This document shows positions 61,036-64,000 of a stretch of 64,000 bases of DNA, piece after piece. The DNA is from Candidatus Omnitrophota bacterium (GTDB taxonomy: Bacteria > Omnitrophota > Gorgyraeia > Duberdicusellales > 4484-171), in assembly GCA_043823745.1 (NCBI GenBank), contig JBDRAN010000006.1:104176-168175 (forward strand). Direction: 5' to 3'. Every line of letters starts with the position of its first letter. Positions within the stretch are counted from its first letter, which is position 1. The position numbers were made by a program, and so were the translations under genes. The notes beneath the pieces are model-generated. The model did no database searches, was not told where the DNA came from, and saw nothing but the letters and a program-made list of their open reading frames with translations.

Positions 61036-63015
61036 ATGAGATTTAGCCTTAATTTTATAAAAGAATTCGTTGACGTTTTGCTTCCTGCTCGGGAGCTTGC
61101 CAACCGGCTGACCATGGTGGGTATGGAGGTGGAGCATTTCGAACCCTGCGGTGATGATTGGGTCTTTGATATTGAGGTAACCTCAAACCGGTACGATTGG
61201 CTCTCGATGCTGGGGATTGCCCGGGAAGTTGCTGCAGCCTGCGGCTGCCGCGCGAGGATTGTTTACCCCGACATTCCCAAGAAACCACTCCTTTCAGAGC
61301 CAGCGATCATTATCGAAGATGAGCGTGATTGCCCTTTGTATATTGCCCGCGTCATTCACAGCGTTACCATTAAAGACGCTCCCGCGTATATGCGGTCGCG
61401 CCTGATTAATTGCGGTTTAACCTCGATCAACAATGTTGTTGATATTACCAATTATTGTATGCTCACCTGGGGCAATCCGCTGCACGCTTTTGACGCGGAT
61501 AAACTCCATGGCGATATTTATGTGCGTCGCGCAAAGTCTGGCGAGCAGTTTATCGGCATTGATGGCAAAGAGCGCAGGCTTTCAGAGGTTAATCTGGTTA
61601 TTGCTGATAGCAAAAAAGTTGTGGCTCTCGCCGGCGTGATGGGCGCCAAAAATACGGAAGTTGATGCCGGGACTAAAAATATTTTCCTTGAGGCCGCATT
61701 ATTTTCTCCGGTTGTTGTGCGCCGTAGCCGCAGGGCCATGGGCCTTGATACGGATTCTTCCTATCGCTTTGAACGCAAAGTTTTTGGCGAGTATGTTGGT
61801 TATGCATCAGCGCAGGCAAGCAATCTGATTGCTGAACACGCGCGCGGCACCTTTGCCGGATGGCGCCAGGCCGGGCGCCTTAAGCGTTCGCGCGATAAAA
61901 GAATAGCGATCAGCTTGCGTGCACTCAATGATTACCTGGGCGATGAGTTTCCCAAAAAGAAAGTGACGCAGATTTTGTCTGGATTGGGTTTTACGGTACG
62001 ACAAAAAAACGCGGACATCCTGAATCTGGGGGTTCCCGGCTTCAGGCTCGATATTGAGCGGGATGTCGATGTTTACGAGGAATTTATTCGTGTTTTCGGC
62101 TACGAGAATATCTGCGATTATCTTCCGCACCTTTCGCATACGCACACAGGCGCATCGCTTTATCATTTCAAGAGCGTAACCAAGCATTGCTTAGCTACCC
62201 TAGGCTTTAAGGAAATTGTCACCTATAGCATTGAAGCGAGTAATCGGCTCGCGGATTTAGGGTATTCAGAAGTGGTCACGCTTACCAATCCCTTGCGCGA
62301 GCAGGAAAATGCTCTGCGGCCCCAGCTTGTTACTGGAAGCCTTGATGCTTTGCGTTATAATATCAATCGCGGCCAGGAAGATATGAGTTTTTTTGAGTTA
62401 GCCAATGTATATATGCGCCGGGGCGAAGGATTTATCGAGAAGCCGATACTTGTGGTAGCGCTCTGTCGCAATGCGGATGATTTCGCGACGCTTAAGGGCG
62501 TTATCGGGGAACTCCTGCAACAGCTTTCAGTGTCATTTGAATTACACGAACTTACGTTTGCTAATTTTACCAATGCGTTGGCGATCGTAAGCGATGGTGT
62601 TGAACTTGGTTTTATCGGGCGGCTCGATACGTCGGCGCGAACGCTCTTAGATATTAAGAAGGATGTTGTTCTCGCGCACCTCGATGTGACAATGATGGCT
62701 CAACAGGCAGGCTCCAAGCGCTATGCGCCGTTTAGCGCTTACCCGGCAGTCTGGCGCGATGTCAGCGTTGCGTATCAAGACAGCATTACGTTTAAAGATA
62801 TCGAGCAGTGTATCAGACAAGATACAGCCATCATTACACAGGTGTGCGTCATCGATACGTATCAAGGTAAGGATATCCCGGCGAATCACCGCGCCTGTAC
62901 CGTGCGGATCTATTATCAGTCTCGCGAGTGTACACTTACTTCCCAGGAAGTTGATGGTCTTCAAGTCGCGATTCGCCAGCGTCTTGCGCAGAAACAAGGC
63001 GTTCTCGTGCGTTAG
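61036..63015 (+). CDS. pheT: Phenylalanyl-tRNA synthetase beta subunit (short form lacking B2 domain)
   Basis: G.EVE followed directly by DIEVTSNR.D.LS..GIARE; NNVVDITNY; DSSYRFER; FDX-ACB C-terminus. Confidence 0.96.
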   Translation: MRFSLNFIKEFVDVLLPARELANRLTMVGMEVEHFEPCGDDWVFDIEVTSNRYDWLSMLGIAREVAAACGCRARIVYPDIPKKPLLSEPAIIIEDERDCPLYIARVIHSVTIKDAPAYMRSRLINCGLTSINNVVDITNYCMLTWGNPLHAFDADKLHGDIYVRRAKSGEQFIGIDGKERRLSEVNLVIADSKKVVALAGVMGAKNTEVDAGTKNIFLEAALFSPVVVRRSRRAMGLDTDSSYRFERKVFGEYVGYASAQASNLIAEHARGTFAGWRQAGRLKRSRDKRIAISLRALNDYLGDEFPKKKVTQILSGLGFTVRQKNADILNLGVPGFRLDIERDVDVYEEFIRVFGYENICDYLPHLSHTHTGASLYHFKSVTKHCLATLGFKEIVTYSIEASNRLADLGYSEVVTLTNPLREQENALRPQLVTGSLDALRYNINRGQEDMSFFELANVYMRRGEGFIEKPILVVALCRNADDFATLKGVIGELLQQLSVSFELHELTFANFTNALAIVSDGVELGFIGRLDTSARTLLDIKKDVVLAHLDVTMMAQQAGSKRYAPFSAYPAVWRDVSVAYQDSITFKDIEQCIRQDTAIITQVCVIDTYQGKDIPANHRACTVRIYYQSRECTLTSQEVDGLQVAIRQRLAQKQGVLVR

Positions 63016-63210
63016 CCGGAAAAATGCAATTGAAAAGTCAAAAACTTCATAACTCCAAACAGTGTTGTAGTTATGTTAAAAGCATGTTGTGATAAAAGGT
63101 ACAACATTTTTCCGGCATACCCCGCCGTTTCTCTAAATTTCCACAGGAAATTTCGGCGGCGGCCCGCGGGTATTCTCTGAAACCGTTTACAGTGTTGTGG
63201 GGCCGTTTCC

Positions 63211-63239
63211 TTGAAATGAGACAGGCAGCGTGTTATAAT
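63211..63239 (+). promoter_or_regulatory. sigma70-type promoter of 6S RNA
   Basis: TTGAAA-17 bp-TATAAT with extended TG. Confidence 0.8.
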
Positions 63240-63245
63240 ACAATT

Positions 63246-63409
63246 AGAAAATACCCTGCCTGTCACGTCGACAGGTCAATGTGCTACAGCTAATACCATT
63301 TATTCGGGAGCCAAATTTCCATTCGCTTTGGCGAAACGGACGAGGCGCCCACTTGTAAGAGAAGAACTTGTAGCAGCCCCTGTGGACGGACTTACGGTGG
63401 GGTTTTTCT
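63246..63409 (+). ncRNA. ssrS: 6S RNA
   Basis: Ends pair (AGAAAATACCC/GGGGTTTTTCT); GGGAGCC..GGCGCCCAC central elements; typical position after pheT; own promoter. Confidence 0.75.
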
Positions 63410-63456
63410 TTTAGCCCCCGCTTCCTGCATACTAAAATCATACATTCAATATTTTC

Positions 63457-64000
63457 ATGGAATCTTGCGATACTCCTCTTGCGGTTCGAATGCGGCCGCG
63501 CACAATTTCTGAATTTGTTGGTCAGGCACAGTCGATGGGTGAAGGAAAGCTTCTTCGTCGGGCAATACGTGCCAAGCGGCTACCGTCAGTTATTCTCTGG
63601 GGGCCCTCTGGCTGTGGAAAGACTACTCTGGGCATCCTTATATCACAGGAGCTCGGAGCTTGCTTCGAATACCTGAATGCCGCTTTTGCGACCGTTACGG
63701 TTGTCAAACGGGTTATCGATGCTGCCAAGAAGGTGCGTGAGGCCGAAGGAAGAAAGACATGCATTTTTATTGATGAAATACATCGTTTCAACAAATTACA
63801 ACAGGAAGCCCTGATCCCTGACACTGAGCTTGGCACCATCAGTTTTGTCGGCGCTACGATCTATAACCCTTCGTATTACCTGATCCCGTCACTTATCTCC
63901 CGTTCCGTCGTAGCGGCTTTTAAACCGCTTTCTCAGGATGATTTACTGGTGCTCATGCGCCGCGCCCTTTCCGATAACGAGCGCGGCTTAGGCCTAAGCG
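63457..64000 (+). CDS. rarA: Replication-associated recombination protein A (partial, runs off window)
   Basis: Not in the ORF track. Translates as PLAVRMRPRTISEFVGQ, ILWGPSGCGKTT, IFIDEIHRFNKLQQ, VGAT..NP. Confidence 0.93.
   Translation, partial: MESCDTPLAVRMRPRTISEFVGQAQSMGEGKLLRRAIRAKRLPSVILWGPSGCGKTTLGILISQELGACFEYLNAAFATVTVVKRVIDAAKKVREAEGRKTCIFIDEIHRFNKLQQEALIPDTELGTISFVGATIYNPSYYLIPSLISRSVVAAFKPLSQDDLLVLMRRALSDNERGLGLS

Overview
Bacterial chromosomal origin region with nearly all genes on the + strand. Gene content and order (chlamydial-type V-ATPase E-C-A-B-D-I-K, DciA-like gene after dnaN, short PheT) suggest a PVC-group organism such as Ca. Omnitrophota; this is inference only. In order: tail of a nucleotide-sugar cluster starting with a collapsed epimerase pseudogene; dnaA-oriC-dnaN-dciA-gyrB-gyrA; tRNA-Glu with a small att-bounded islet; glmS, rsmI; a PyrR-attenuated pyrimidine region spread over ~28 kb (pyrRBC, carA, two tandem carB, pyrK, pyrD, pyrF) interleaved with unrelated genes; a probably Na+-coupled V/A-ATPase operon; tRNA-Val followed by an integrase-less integron remnant; thrS-infC-rpmI-rplT; a Trk K+ operon with an unlisted 36-aa membrane ORF; pheST; 6S RNA; partial rarA. 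The most unusual signals are non-coding: (1) recurring 'four-unit arm / spacer / inverted four-unit arm' repeats in several unrelated sequence families, two of them inside pyrK; (2) solitary integron cassettes behind two different tRNAs; (3) dispersed hairpin elements. All calls were made by eye from the sequence and ORF translations; no database search was run.
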